DNA of 64,000 nucleotides, from positions 6,669-70,668 of the forward strand of contig CADBYI010000014.1 of assembly GCA_902798825.1 (NCBI GenBank), read 5' to 3'. Positions 43,346-52,843 of the stretch are shown here, piece after piece. The notes under the pieces were generated by a model. That model saw only the letters and a program-made list of their open reading frames with translations. It had not been told where the DNA came from and did not search any database. Each line of letters opens with the position of its first letter. Positions within the stretch are counted from its first letter, which is position 1. Position numbers and translations under genes: made by a program. Origin of the DNA: an uncultured Eubacteriales bacterium (GTDB lineage: Bacteria > Bacillota > Clostridia > Christensenellales > CAG-138).

Positions 43346-44173
43346 TTATCGGTGCTTCTTTTGCTCAAGATAGTCGTTCAGCTCGCTGTTGAGAATGTCG
43401 GTGACGAACATATGGCCCGGGGAATGGGTGATGACGATGGGGGGCTTGGCGTTCTCGATGGCCGCCTGGGGGGTAACTCCGCAGGGCCAGAACACGGGGA
43501 TCTCCCCGGGATAGATGTCCACCGCCTCGCCGTAGTCGGGCTGCATCACGTCTGTGACGCCGATTTTTTCCGGCTCGCCGATCTGAATGGGTGCCCCGTG
43601 GACGTTGGGCATGGCCGCGGTGATATCATAGGCCCGCTTGGCGTCTTCGGGCGTCATGGGCCGCATGGAGCACACCGTAGGTCCCGAGAAAGGGCCGGCC
43701 GGTTTGGTCATGACGCTGGTTTTGTACATGGGAACGTTCCGTCCTGTGGCGATGTGGCGGACCTCGATGCCAGCCTTCATCAGCGCCTCCTCGAAGGAGA
43801 AGCTGCATCCGATCAAAAAGCCCACCATACCCTCCTGCCAGTAGGGTGTGGCGTCGTTGCAGCGGTCCGCCAGCTTTCCGTCTTTATAGATGAAGTATTC
43901 GGGGATGTCGGTGAGGATGTTGCCGTCTGCCCCCATGTCGTGGGTGTGGGGGTCCCCATCCAGCACCTCCAAAATGGGGCAGGGACCGGGGTTCAGGCGG
44001 GCAAATTCCTTGAAATCTTCGGCGTATTCCCGGGGCAGGATCACCAGGTTTGCCTGGGCATAGCCGGCGCACATGCCGGCGGTAGGGATGCTTTTCACCT
44101 GTCCGGCGCGAACCAGCCGGCGCAGCTCCACGGGGGGGATGTTCACATATTGGCTGATGTCAAAATTGGGCAT
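43346..44173 (-). CDS. DUF1445 putative hydro-lyase (D-glutamate cyclase family, YcsI-like)
   Basis: 275 aa with TAGMCAGYAQANLVILP and GPCPILEV. Confidence 0.75.
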   Translation of the reverse strand: MPNFDISQYVNIPPVELRRLVRAGQVKSIPTAGMCAGYAQANLVILPREYAEDFKEFARLNPGPCPILEVLDGDPHTHDMGADGNILTDIPEYFIYKDGKLADRCNDATPYWQEGMVGFLIGCSFSFEEALMKAGIEVRHIATGRNVPMYKTSVMTKPAGPFSGPTVCSMRPMTPEDAKRAYDITAAMPNVHGAPIQIGEPEKIGVTDVMQPDYGEAVDIYPGEIPVFWPCGVTPQAAIENAKPPIVITHSPGHMFVTDILNSELNDYLEQKKHR

Positions 44174-44184
44174 GGCTTCCTCCT

Positions 44185-45237
44185 TTACGCGTCGTACTGT
44201 TCCTCAAGATAGATGTCATATTCCACCCCATTCACATGAATGAGGAAACGGCCGCATAGGGGCGGCTCTTCCGCCGGATCCGGTGGCCGCAGAGCAAAGC
44301 GCTTTTCCAACTTATCCAGAATCTTCTGCTGCCGCCGGTACACCGCCTGGGCCGCGGCCACGGAGACGGGCCGGAACCGGACCTTGTCCCCCGCCTTCAG
44401 CTGGGCGAGGAGCGGCAGATCCGCGGCGATGACGCAGCCCAGCTTGGGGTAGCCGCCGGTGGTCTGCCGATCCGCCATCATGACGATGGGCTGGCCGTCG
44501 GTGATCTGGATGGCGCCGAAGCAGATGCCGTCGGAAATGATGTTCCCATCGCACCCCGGGGCCAGCTCCACCGCCGGTCCGTTCAGCCGAAAGCCCATCC
44601 GGTCGCACCTGTCGCTCAGGGTGTAGGGGTGGCTGGCGAAGGTCCGCTTCCCGGCGGCGCTGAACAGGTCCTCCTGGGGGCCGTAGGTGAAGCGCACTTC
44701 CACCGCATTGCCATAGGCTGGCAGCAGGTCGGCGGGGACATATCGATCCTCCAGGTCCGGAAGATCGTCCACAGGAGCTCGAAGTCTGATCTCGCTTCCG
44801 TCCTGGACAGGCCGGCCGCTGAGACCCCCGATGCCGCCCTTCAAAAAGGTGGAGCGGCTTCCCATCACTTCCTCCAGATCCAGGCCGCCCGCAAAGGCGA
44901 TGTATGCCCGTGCGCCGCTTTTGGCCAGGGGCAGGGCCAGGGTGTCCCCCGCCGCCGCCCGGTAGGCCCGGTTGATCTCGATGGGTTCCCCGTTCAGGGT
45001 GGGAGCGAAGTCTCCGCCGGTCACGGCGAATATCTCGGTGGTATCGAATCGGATCGTGGGCCCCAGAACGGTGGCCTCCAGGGCGGCCTCCCCCCGGAGA
45101 TTGCCCACCAGAATGTTCCCCAGCTCCAGGGCGAAGGGGTCCATGGCGCCGCACACCGGCATGCCGAACCGCTGATAGCCTGTCCGGCCCAGGTCCTGAA
45201 CCGTGGTCAGCAGCCCCTTTTTCAGGAAGGTGATCAT
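44185..45237 (-). CDS. pxpC: 5-oxoprolinase subunit C (KipA-like)
   Basis: Starts LLTTVQDLGRTGYQRFGMPVCGAMD. Confidence 0.85.
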   Translation of the reverse strand: MITFLKKGLLTTVQDLGRTGYQRFGMPVCGAMDPFALELGNILVGNLRGEAALEATVLGPTIRFDTTEIFAVTGGDFAPTLNGEPIEINRAYRAAAGDTLALPLAKSGARAYIAFAGGLDLEEVMGSRSTFLKGGIGGLSGRPVQDGSEIRLRAPVDDLPDLEDRYVPADLLPAYGNAVEVRFTYGPQEDLFSAAGKRTFASHPYTLSDRCDRMGFRLNGPAVELAPGCDGNIISDGICFGAIQITDGQPIVMMADRQTTGGYPKLGCVIAADLPLLAQLKAGDKVRFRPVSVAAAQAVYRRQQKILDKLEKRFALRPPDPAEEPPLCGRFLIHVNGVEYDIYLEEQYDA

Positions 45238-45953
45238 GGGTTTTCACCCCCCTCCGACACAAACTCCTCCGGGTAGTTCTCCCGGCGGAGGCGTTCGTAT
45301 TCCCTCTCGTCGATGGGAAAAAACCGAATCTCCATGCCCGCGTCCACCAAAATGGCCTTCTCCCGCTTGGGGTCGTAGAGCCGAAGGGGCGTCTGGCCGA
45401 TGAGCTGCCAGCCCCCGGGGGAGTCCAGGGGGTAGATGCCCGTTTGGGAACCGGCGATGCCCACGGACCCGGCGGGGATACGGACCCGGGGCGTGGTGAG
45501 CCGGGGCGTATGGAGCCGTTCGTCCAGTCCCCCCAGATAGCAGAAGCCTGGCATAAAGCCCAGCATATAATTGAGATAGGTGGGGGCGGTGTGCAGCTCG
45601 ATCACCTGCTCCGGCGTCATGTCGTGGCGCTTGGCCACGGTCTCCAGGTCCGGCCCGTGGACCCCGCCGTATAGCACCGGCACCCGGATGGTCTCAGCGG
45701 GCGGGATGTCCGCCGCTGCGAGTCCGTTCAGCAGACCATGCAGCCGCTCATAGAGCCGGGCATAGCCCATGATCTCCGGCCGGTAGTGGACCGTGACGGA
45801 GCGATAGGTGGGGACCAGCTCCGTGACCCCCTGTATCCCCGCCGCTTCCACGGCCAGGGTGAAGGCGCGGACCTGTCGGTTGATCTCCTTCGAGATGGTA
45901 TCCCCGAACTCCACGCACAAGGAGCAGTCGGAGGAGGTGAGGATGCGTGCCAT
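45234..45953 (-). CDS. pxpB: 5-oxoprolinase subunit B (KipI-like)
   Basis: 239 aa. 4-nt overlap with pxpC. Motif GSQTGIYPLDSPGGWQLIG. Confidence 0.85.
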   Translation of the reverse strand: MARILTSSDCSLCVEFGDTISKEINRQVRAFTLAVEAAGIQGVTELVPTYRSVTVHYRPEIMGYARLYERLHGLLNGLAAADIPPAETIRVPVLYGGVHGPDLETVAKRHDMTPEQVIELHTAPTYLNYMLGFMPGFCYLGGLDERLHTPRLTTPRVRIPAGSVGIAGSQTGIYPLDSPGGWQLIGQTPLRLYDPKREKAILVDAGMEIRFFPIDEREYERLRRENYPEEFVSEGGENP

Positions 45954-45966
45954 GATCGGCCTCCGT

Positions 45967-46737
45967 TCAGCGAATGAAGGTGTGGAACGGGGCCAGCTCG
46001 ATGCCTTCCTCTGCCAGCTTCTGCCGGATGCGGCTGGTGAAGGCCAGGGCCTTGGGGCCGTCGCCGTGGACGCAGACGGAATCGGCCTTCACGGGGATGT
46101 CCTTTCCGGTGATGGCCGTGACCTTGCCCTCCTTGATCATGCGGACCACCCGGGCCATAGCCTCCTCTTCATCCTCGATCATGGCGCCGGGCTTCTTCCG
46201 GTTCACCAGAGAGCCGTCCTCCTCATAAGCCCGATCGGCGAAGATCTCGCTGGCGGACCGGAGCCCCAGCTCCTCCGCCGCTTCGATGAGCTTGGAGCCG
46301 GACAGGCCCAGCAGAATGATGTTGGGATCGAAGTCTTTTACGGCTTTGCAGATGGCCAGGGCCAGGTGGATGTCCTTCCCGGCGGTGTTGTACATGGCGC
46401 CGTGGGCCTTCAAATGTTGGATATCCAGCCTGTTCTTTTTAGCAAAGGCGGCGAAAGCGCCCAGCTGATAGAGGGTGTAGGCGTATTCCTCGTCGGGGGT
46501 CAGCTTCATCTCCCGGCGGCCGAAGCCCATGAGATCCGGATACCCGGGGTGTGCGCCAACGCACACGCCTTTCTCCCTGGCCATGGCCAATGTCTTGTCC
46601 AGAACCACCGGATCCCCGGCGTGCCAGCCACAGGCCACGTTGGCGGAGGTCACCTGATTGAGCACCTCCTCGTCGCAGCCGATCCGATACGCGCCGAAGC
46701 TCTCCCCCAAATCCGAATTCAGATCCACCTTGAACAT
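45967..46737 (-). CDS. pxpA: 5-oxoprolinase subunit A (LamB/YcsF)
   Basis: Starts [17 protein letters not shown]. The ATG at 46737 is preceded by AAAGGAGA. Confidence 0.85.
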   Translation of the reverse strand: MFKVDLNSDLGESFGAYRIGCDEEVLNQVTSANVACGWHAGDPVVLDKTLAMAREKGVCVGAHPGYPDLMGFGRREMKLTPDEEYAYTLYQLGAFAAFAKKNRLDIQHLKAHGAMYNTAGKDIHLALAICKAVKDFDPNIILLGLSGSKLIEAAEELGLRSASEIFADRAYEEDGSLVNRKKPGAMIEDEEEAMARVVRMIKEGKVTAITGKDIPVKADSVCVHGDGPKALAFTSRIRQKLAEEGIELAPFHTFIR

Positions 46738-46777
46738 AGCTTTTCTCCTTTCCTTTCGCAACTGCTGCAGCGGCGGG

Positions 46778-48067
46778 TCATGTGGTGGAAAAGCCCCTCA
46801 TGCCTCCCGGTTGTACAGGGGCTTCACGTGCTTTTTGCCCCCGCCCACGATGAGGAGGGCAGCCACCAGGGCGATGCCCATGAACAGGGAGAGGACCGGT
46901 GGTGCAGGCCCCCGCCAAGGCCTCCCCCAGCAGGGAGCCGGAGGTGGTCAGCATGATGAATGCCCCGTTGAACCGGCCCTTCCGGTCGTGGGGCACATAG
47001 GACTGGGTGGCGGAGGAGCGGATGGTGTAGGAGGTCACGCCCAGGATGCCCACCAAAAAGCAGGCGATGCGCATGCCGTTCACGGGCAGATACAGGTAGG
47101 ACCCCTCCAGCACGTTGATGATGCAGTAGACCGCGAAGGCCACGGCGTACTTGATGGCGGCGGGGTACTTGATCTTATACTGCAGGAGCCCGCCGATGGC
47201 CCGGCCCAGGACCGAAAAGCCCCAGGTGGTCATGTAGACCCATTCTCCGTTTTCAAAAGCGCCCTTGAAATAGGGCAGGGTGATGACCCCCTCCGCGCCG
47301 CCGGCGAAGGAGGAGAAGATGAAATACAGGGTGATGAGGAACAGCCCCTTCTCGGCCCACAGATACCGGACCCCCTCCTTGGTGTCGGTCCAATAGGCGG
47401 ACAGGGAGTAGACCCCTTCGGCCCCCAAGCCCTTCTCCTTCTCCACGTCGGATATGCGGGTCTCGCACAGGGCCGCGCCCAGGAAGCAGAGCCCGTTGAC
47501 CAGCAGCAGGGGCGAGAGGCCGAACCGCTTGTAGAGAAACAGGCTCACGGGGACCATGACCGCGCTCAGGGTCTCCAAGGTGCCTGCGATGGAGTAGGCC
47601 CGGGAGAAGTTCCCCTCGGTGATAAGCAGGGGATAGAAGCTCTGATACGCCACCTGATAGGTGCTGTTCACGGTGCCGATGACGAAGGTCAGGATGGACA
47701 GCAGCCAGAAGGGGAGCCGCCCAAAATGGAGGATGAGGGCGATCAGCAGATACAGCCCTGCCGAGAGAAAGTCCAGACTGTAGATGGTCTTGCGGCGGCT
47801 GAACCGGTCCATGAGAGGTCCGGCGATGAGAGGCGCGGCCAGCTGGGGCAGGGTGTAGAGGAAGATGAACAGCGCATAGTAGAAGGGCTTGTCCGTGTAA
47901 TCCAGCACGAACAGGCTGATGGCAAAGCCAGCCAGGGCGTTGCCGAACATGGAGATGACGCTGCCCAGGGTGATGATGGTGAAGTCCCTGGTCCACAGGG
48001 AGGGAAGATTGTTCTTCTCGGTGCTTTCCATGGCCGCAGTATACCACAGGGGCATACTGGGCCGCAA
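46778..48067 (-). CDS. MFS transporter (EntS/MFS_3-like) with a probable C-terminal frameshift near 46909-46913
   Basis: 12-TM MFS pattern until ...LLGEALAGA, after which the annotated frame becomes Gly/Pro/Arg-rich. An alternative frame encodes a clean last [34 protein letters not shown], ending at 46798. Confidence 0.7.
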   Translation of the reverse strand: MRPSMPLWYTAAMESTEKNNLPSLWTRDFTIITLGSVISMFGNALAGFAISLFVLDYTDKPFYYALFIFLYTLPQLAAPLIAGPLMDRFSRRKTIYSLDFLSAGLYLLIALILHFGRLPFWLLSILTFVIGTVNSTYQVAYQSFYPLLITEGNFSRAYSIAGTLETLSAVMVPVSLFLYKRFGLSPLLLVNGLCFLGAALCETRISDVEKEKGLGAEGVYSLSAYWTDTKEGVRYLWAEKGLFLITLYFIFSSFAGGAEGVITLPYFKGAFENGEWVYMTTWGFSVLGRAIGGLLQYKIKYPAAIKYAVAFAVYCIINVLEGSYLYLPVNGMRIACFLVGILGVTSYTIRSSATQSYVPHDRKGRFNGAFIMLTTSGSLLGEALAGACTTGPLPVHGHRPGGCPPHRGRGQKAREAPVQPGGMRGFSTT

Positions 48068-48072
48068 GCATA

Positions 48073-48105
48073 GAAAAAGACGCCCCTTCCAGAGGCGTCT
48101 TTCCG
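48073..48105 (-). terminator. intrinsic terminator after the zinc-ribbon genes
   Basis: On the minus strand, aagacgcc-tctggaagg-ggcgtctt followed by T5. Confidence 0.6.
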
Positions 48106-48116
48106 GTTGGCAGTTT

Positions 48117-48605
48117 TTACGCGAACAGGGCCTCGAACAGGCGCTCCAGCGCCGGGATCAGCTGTCCCAGGGCGTCGGAAAGCAGACGGCCGTTCTTCAC
48201 CATGGCCACGATGGCCAAGGCCAGGACCACGATCCAAAAGAGCAGCCGCAGGATCAGCATGGCGGCGGAGAATCGCTTCAGGCTTCCGTTCTTGGGATGG
48301 CCCGCCCCGAAGACGAACAGGAAGACGAGACCCACCACGGGGATGGCGTACAGCAGGCTCAACAGGATGTACTGCAGGGTGGACAGCATCTGCTTCTTGG
48401 AGGGCACCTGGGTGACGATGGGCATATCGGGGGCCGCCCCAGGGGCCTGGGGCTCCGCCGACTTCTCCGCCACTGCAGGGGCTTCGACGGGCGCCGCCTC
48501 AGCAGCGGGGGCCGCGGGGGCCTCCTCGGGCAGCGCCTTGCCGCATTCTACGCAAAACTTGGCATCGTCGCTAAGCTCGTTGCCACAATAGGGACATTGC
48601 TTCAT
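48117..48605 (-). CDS. zinc-ribbon membrane protein
   Basis: MKQCPYCGNELSDDAKFCVECG, then a Pro/Ala linker and 3 TM. Confidence 0.65.
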   Translation of the reverse strand: MKQCPYCGNELSDDAKFCVECGKALPEEAPAAPAAEAAPVEAPAVAEKSAEPQAPGAAPDMPIVTQVPSKKQMLSTLQYILLSLLYAIPVVGLVFLFVFGAGHPKNGSLKRFSAAMLILRLLFWIVVLALAIVAMVKNGRLLSDALGQLIPALERLFEALFA

Positions 48606-48617
48606 GGGTGGGGCTCC

Positions 48618-49046
48618 TTACTTGATGATGACGGGCAGCTTCTTCACGAAGGGCAGATACTTGCCGCTGCCCTTGAGGGCCCGGACGATGCCCATGATCT
48701 CAAACACGAACAGGGCGATGAGACAGGCGACACCCAGCACAGGCACGATCACGGTGAAGGCCAGCACGCCCATGGCCACGGACACCACGATGGACCCGAT
48801 GAAGATCCACAGGGCCTGGTTCACATGGTGCATGGCAAAGGCGGAGTTCCGGCAGCCGATCATGGGCAGAATGCCGCAGGTCAGATACCCCAGCATGGCC
48901 AGCATCCGGTTGTCGGCGATATCCTGGGCATCGAACTGGGGATCGGGCTCGATCACCACCACGGGGGGATCGATCTCCTTGCCGCAGGTGGGGCAGAAAC
49001 GAACATCGTCGGCTATTTCGGCGCCGCAATGGGGACAATACTTCAT
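48618..49046 (-). CDS. zinc-ribbon membrane protein (DUF4870-like TM region)
   Basis: MKYCPHCGAEIADDVRFCPTCG, then 3 TM. Confidence 0.65.
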   Translation of the reverse strand: MKYCPHCGAEIADDVRFCPTCGKEIDPPVVVIEPDPQFDAQDIADNRMLAMLGYLTCGILPMIGCRNSAFAMHHVNQALWIFIGSIVVSVAMGVLAFTVIVPVLGVACLIALFVFEIMGIVRALKGSGKYLPFVKKLPVIIK

Positions 49047-49122
49047 AATGGATTACCTCCCTTTTTATTCTGGGTACAGTATACAGGGTAACTATGGAGA
49101 AAACCAGTGTTTTTTGTGAATT

Positions 49123-51519
49123 TTATTGCCGCAAAGGCGCACCGTTTTCTCCCAGGACGCGGATGATGGTCTCAAAGGCCTTCTTGATCTCCTCGTCGGT
49201 CAGGGTGTGATCCTCCGCCCGCAGGTTGAAGGTGATGGCCAGGCTCTTCTTTCCGAAGCCCACCGCCGGGCCCCGATACACGTCGAACAGCCGGCCCTTC
49301 TCCACGATCACGTCTACGGGAGCCGTTTCGATGAGCTCGATCCAGTGGGCGCTTTCGCTCTCCTCGGGCACCACGATGGCCAGATCCCGGCTCACCACCG
49401 GGAACCGGGGCAGGGGCTGGAAGGCGGGGGTGTCCACGGACAGGGCCAGGATATCGGCAAAGGACAGCTCCGCCATATACACCGGCCCGGGCACGTCCCA
49501 GGCGTCCAGCACGTCGGGGTGCACCTGGCCCAGCTCGCCCAGCTTCTTTCCGCTCACCGTCACGTCCGCCCGGCGGCCCGGCTGGAAGCAGTCGATGCCG
49601 TTCCGCTCATATTTGGCGCCCTTGATGCCGAACCGGGCCAGCAGCGTTTCCACCACGCCCTTGAGGGTGTAGAAGCTTTCGTCGCCGCCGAAGAAGACCA
49701 AACCGATCTTCTTCTCCTCCCGGGGCAGGGCGTCGCCGCCCAGATCGAAGTGGACGTTGCCCACCTCCATGAACCGGCCGTAGCCGGTCTTGCGGCGGAT
49801 GTTCCGGGCGGCGGAGTCCAGCATACCCATATAGAGGGTGGTCCGCATGAGGCTCTGATCCTCGCCGAAGGGGTTGAGGAGCTTCACGGCCCTGTTCCGC
49901 TCGTCGTCCGGGGCAAAGGACAGGGCTTTCAAGGCGTTGGGCCCCGTGAAGTTGTAGTTGTACATTTCCAAACACCCGCAGGCCACCAGCACGTCCTTCA
50001 CCTTGTCCTCGGCCTGGAACTCCCGGGCCAGGCTTCCCTGGAAGGTGTCGCCGTTCATGAGCACGGCGGGGATGTTCTCGAAGCCGTAGATGCGGCCCAC
50101 CTCCTCGGCGATGTCCGCGTCCGCCTCGATGCCGCTTTCGATATCCGTGCGGAAGTGGGGGATGACCACATGGAGGTCGTTGCCGTTGGCCGTGGCCGGG
50201 ACCTCGATGGTGGCGAGGAGCTCCGCCATCCTGTCTCCGGACAGCTGGGTGTTCAGAATGCGGTTCACGTGGCTCACGTCCACGTCGATCTCCCGATCGG
50301 TCAGGTCCGCGGCGCACACGTCCACGGTGCCGCCCACGATCCTTCCGGCGTTGAGTTGGCTGACCAGCTCGATGCACCGCTCCAGGGCCAGATAGGCGTT
50401 CACGGGCTCCACGCCCTTGATGAACCGGGCCGCGGCGTCGGTCACGTGGCGAAGCTTCCTGGCGGTGCGGCGGATGTTGCTGGCCTTGAAGGCGGCGGAC
50501 TCGAAGAACACCGCCTCTGTGGCGTCGGTGATCTCGCTGTTGAGGCCGCCCATGACGCCGGCCACGCCAACGCCGCCCTGGGGGTCGGAGATGAGGAGCA
50601 TATCCTTGTCCATGATCCGCTCCTTCTTGTCCAGCGTCACCACCTTCTCGCCCTCCGCTGCGTTGCGGACGATAATGTGGCCGTCCCGGATGCACGCCAA
50701 ATCGAAGGCGTGGGTGGGATGGCCGTACTCCATGAGCACGTAGTTGGTGATGTCCACGATGTTGCTGATGGGCCGCATGCCCATCTCCTTCAGCCGCCGC
50801 TGCATCCAGGCGGGGGAGGGGCCGATCTTCAGATCGACGGCTGCCCGGCCGGTGTACCGGGGGCACAAATCCCCGTTCTCCACCGTGACTTTCACGAGAT
50901 CGTTTACGTCCCCTTCCCCCTCGATGTGGGGAATGATGGGAGCCTTCATCCGCTGGCCCAGGGCCGCCGCCGCTTCCCGGACCAGGCCGATGATGCTGTT
51001 GCAGTCGGGCCGGTTGGGCAGCACGGAGAAGTCGAAGATCACGTCGTTCCTGTCGATGGCCTCCTCGATGGGGATGCCCAGGGGCGTGTCCGCCCGCAGG
51101 ATCAAAATGCCGTCCACCTCGGCGCCGGGGTACTCCACGTCGGAGAGGTTGAACTCCCCGCCGGAGCAGAACATACCTTCGCTGTCCACGCCCCGGATGT
51201 TGGCCTTGGTGAAGCTCTGGTTGCCGATCTTCGCGCCCATGTAGGCCACGGGCACGATGGCGCCCACGAACACGTTCTTGGCGTTGGTCAGGATCTGGGC
51301 GGTTTTGCCGCCGATATCCACCTGGCAAATCGTGAGCTTGTCGGCGTTGGGGTGCTTCTCCATGGAAAGGATCTTGCCGGTGATGACGCCGGACACGTCC
51401 TTCAATTCCTTCTCCACGCCCTCCAGCTCGAAGCCGCGCCACATCATGCGCTCGATGAATTCCTCATCGGTCACGTTGTAATCCACATAGTCCTGCAGCC
51501 AGGATTTCGGAAGTCTCAT
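49123..51519 (-). CDS. pheT: phenylalanine--tRNA ligase beta subunit
   Basis: 798 aa starting MRLPKSWLQDYVDY, with tRNA-binding, B3/4, B5 and FDX-ACB domain order. Confidence 0.9.
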   Translation of the reverse strand: MRLPKSWLQDYVDYNVTDEEFIERMMWRGFELEGVEKELKDVSGVITGKILSMEKHPNADKLTICQVDIGGKTAQILTNAKNVFVGAIVPVAYMGAKIGNQSFTKANIRGVDSEGMFCSGGEFNLSDVEYPGAEVDGILILRADTPLGIPIEEAIDRNDVIFDFSVLPNRPDCNSIIGLVREAAAALGQRMKAPIIPHIEGEGDVNDLVKVTVENGDLCPRYTGRAAVDLKIGPSPAWMQRRLKEMGMRPISNIVDITNYVLMEYGHPTHAFDLACIRDGHIIVRNAAEGEKVVTLDKKERIMDKDMLLISDPQGGVGVAGVMGGLNSEITDATEAVFFESAAFKASNIRRTARKLRHVTDAAARFIKGVEPVNAYLALERCIELVSQLNAGRIVGGTVDVCAADLTDREIDVDVSHVNRILNTQLSGDRMAELLATIEVPATANGNDLHVVIPHFRTDIESGIEADADIAEEVGRIYGFENIPAVLMNGDTFQGSLAREFQAEDKVKDVLVACGCLEMYNYNFTGPNALKALSFAPDDERNRAVKLLNPFGEDQSLMRTTLYMGMLDSAARNIRRKTGYGRFMEVGNVHFDLGGDALPREEKKIGLVFFGGDESFYTLKGVVETLLARFGIKGAKYERNGIDCFQPGRRADVTVSGKKLGELGQVHPDVLDAWDVPGPVYMAELSFADILALSVDTPAFQPLPRFPVVSRDLAIVVPEESESAHWIELIETAPVDVIVEKGRLFDVYRGPAVGFGKKSLAITFNLRAEDHTLTDEEIKKAFETIIRVLGENGAPLRQ

Positions 51520-51537
51520 AGTCTCGTCCTCCTTTTC

Positions 51538-52560
51538 TTAGAACTGGGTCAGGAAGCGGGCGTCGTTCTCGTATTCGTAGCGAATGTCTGAGATGCCGTA
51601 CTTCAGACTGGTCACCCGATCCACGCCGATGCCGAAGGCGAAGGCGGACCACTCCTTGGGGTCCAGGCCGCAGTTCTCCAGCTCGTGGGGGTTGGTCATG
51701 CCGCAGCCCAAGATCTCGATCCAGCCCGTGCCCTTGCACACCCGGCAGCCCTTGCCGCCGCAGATGGTGCAGCTCATGTCCAGCTCCGCTGAGGGCTCCG
51801 TGAAGGGGAAGTAGGAGGGCCTGAGCCGGGTCTTCACGTTCTCCCCGAACAGGGCCCGGATGAAGGCGTCCAGCGTGCCCTTCAGGTTCGCCAGATTCAG
51901 GTTTTTATCCACCACGAACCCCTCGATCTGCATGAACACGGGGCTGTGGGAGGCGTCCACCTCGTCCACCCGGAACACCCGGCCGGGCATGAGGAAGCGG
52001 AAGGGAGGCTTGAAAGTCTGCAGGGCCCGTATCTCGCAGGGGGAGGTGTGGGTCCGAAGCAGCACCTTGTCGTTGATATAGAAGGTGTCCTGCATATCCC
52101 GGGCGGGGTGATCGAGGGGCAGGTTCAGCAGCGTGAAGTTGTTGTCGTCCAGCTCGATCTCCGGTCCGTCGAAGACCTGGAAGCCCATGCCGACGAGGGC
52201 GTCCCGGATGGTCCGATAGGTCTGGGTCATGGGGTGCAGATGGCCCATCTCGACGGGGCTCACGCCGGCCTCGGTCACGTCCAGGGCCTCCCGCTCAAAG
52301 CGCAGCGCCTGGGCCTTTTTCTTGAACTCCGCCCGGCGCGCCTCCATGGCGGCCTCCAGCTCCTGCTTGAGCTTGTTCACGTTGGCGCCCAGCTGGGCCC
52401 GTTCCTCCTTGCTGAGCTTCCCCATGGTGCGCAGGATGCCGGTCAGTTCCCCGGCCTTGCCGAAGAGCTGCTGCTGCAGGGCCACGAGGTCGCATTCCTC
52501 CTGCATGGCGGCCAGCTTCTTTTGGGCCTCCTGTCGGATTCGATTCAGATCGTTTTCCAT
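51538..52560 (-). CDS. pheS: phenylalanine--tRNA ligase alpha subunit
   Basis: 340 aa with class II motifs (HPARDMQDTFY, FRFLMPGRVFR, GFAFGIGVDR). Confidence 0.9.
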   Translation of the reverse strand: MENDLNRIRQEAQKKLAAMQEECDLVALQQQLFGKAGELTGILRTMGKLSKEERAQLGANVNKLKQELEAAMEARRAEFKKKAQALRFEREALDVTEAGVSPVEMGHLHPMTQTYRTIRDALVGMGFQVFDGPEIELDDNNFTLLNLPLDHPARDMQDTFYINDKVLLRTHTSPCEIRALQTFKPPFRFLMPGRVFRVDEVDASHSPVFMQIEGFVVDKNLNLANLKGTLDAFIRALFGENVKTRLRPSYFPFTEPSAELDMSCTICGGKGCRVCKGTGWIEILGCGMTNPHELENCGLDPKEWSAFAFGIGVDRVTSLKYGISDIRYEYENDARFLTQF

Positions 52561-52574
52561 TCTTTGTCTCCTTT

Positions 52575-52800
52575 TGTTTCTTCAAAATAAACCGCGCCCC
52601 GCCCAAAGGGACGAAGCGCGTCGTGGTACCACCCCAAGTTCGCCGCCGGATGGCGGCCTCTTTGCAAGCTGTATCGGGCTTTCCCGTCGCGAACTACCGT
52701 GGGGCCTGCAGCCCCGTTTCCCCCGCGCCGCTCCCGGGCGAACCGCATCCCTTCCTCGGCGCCCCGCTTTCACCTGCCGGAGCTCTCTTTGGCCGACGTG
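52575..52800 (-). promoter_or_regulatory. T-box leader (Phe specifier) with terminator
   Basis: On the minus strand: AGAGAGCTCCGGCAGGTGAAAGC (stem I), a candidate specifier UUC at 52691-52693, the T-box sequence AACTTGGGGTGGTACCACG (52621-52640), and a terminator plus U-run just upstream of the pheS RBS. Confidence 0.75.
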
Positions 52801-52843
52801 GGGGACCTTTTCCCGTTCCTCGCGTTTTTTGTTGACATCGGGC

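Noticed and set aside
49126-51591. 821-aa plus-strand ORF antisense to pheT. The same applies to 36498..38504, 39040..40983, 28855..30294 and 20070..21671.
   Set aside because: All are shadows of well-identified genes on the other strand, with Gly/Ala/His/Arg/Pro-rich composition and no start signals.
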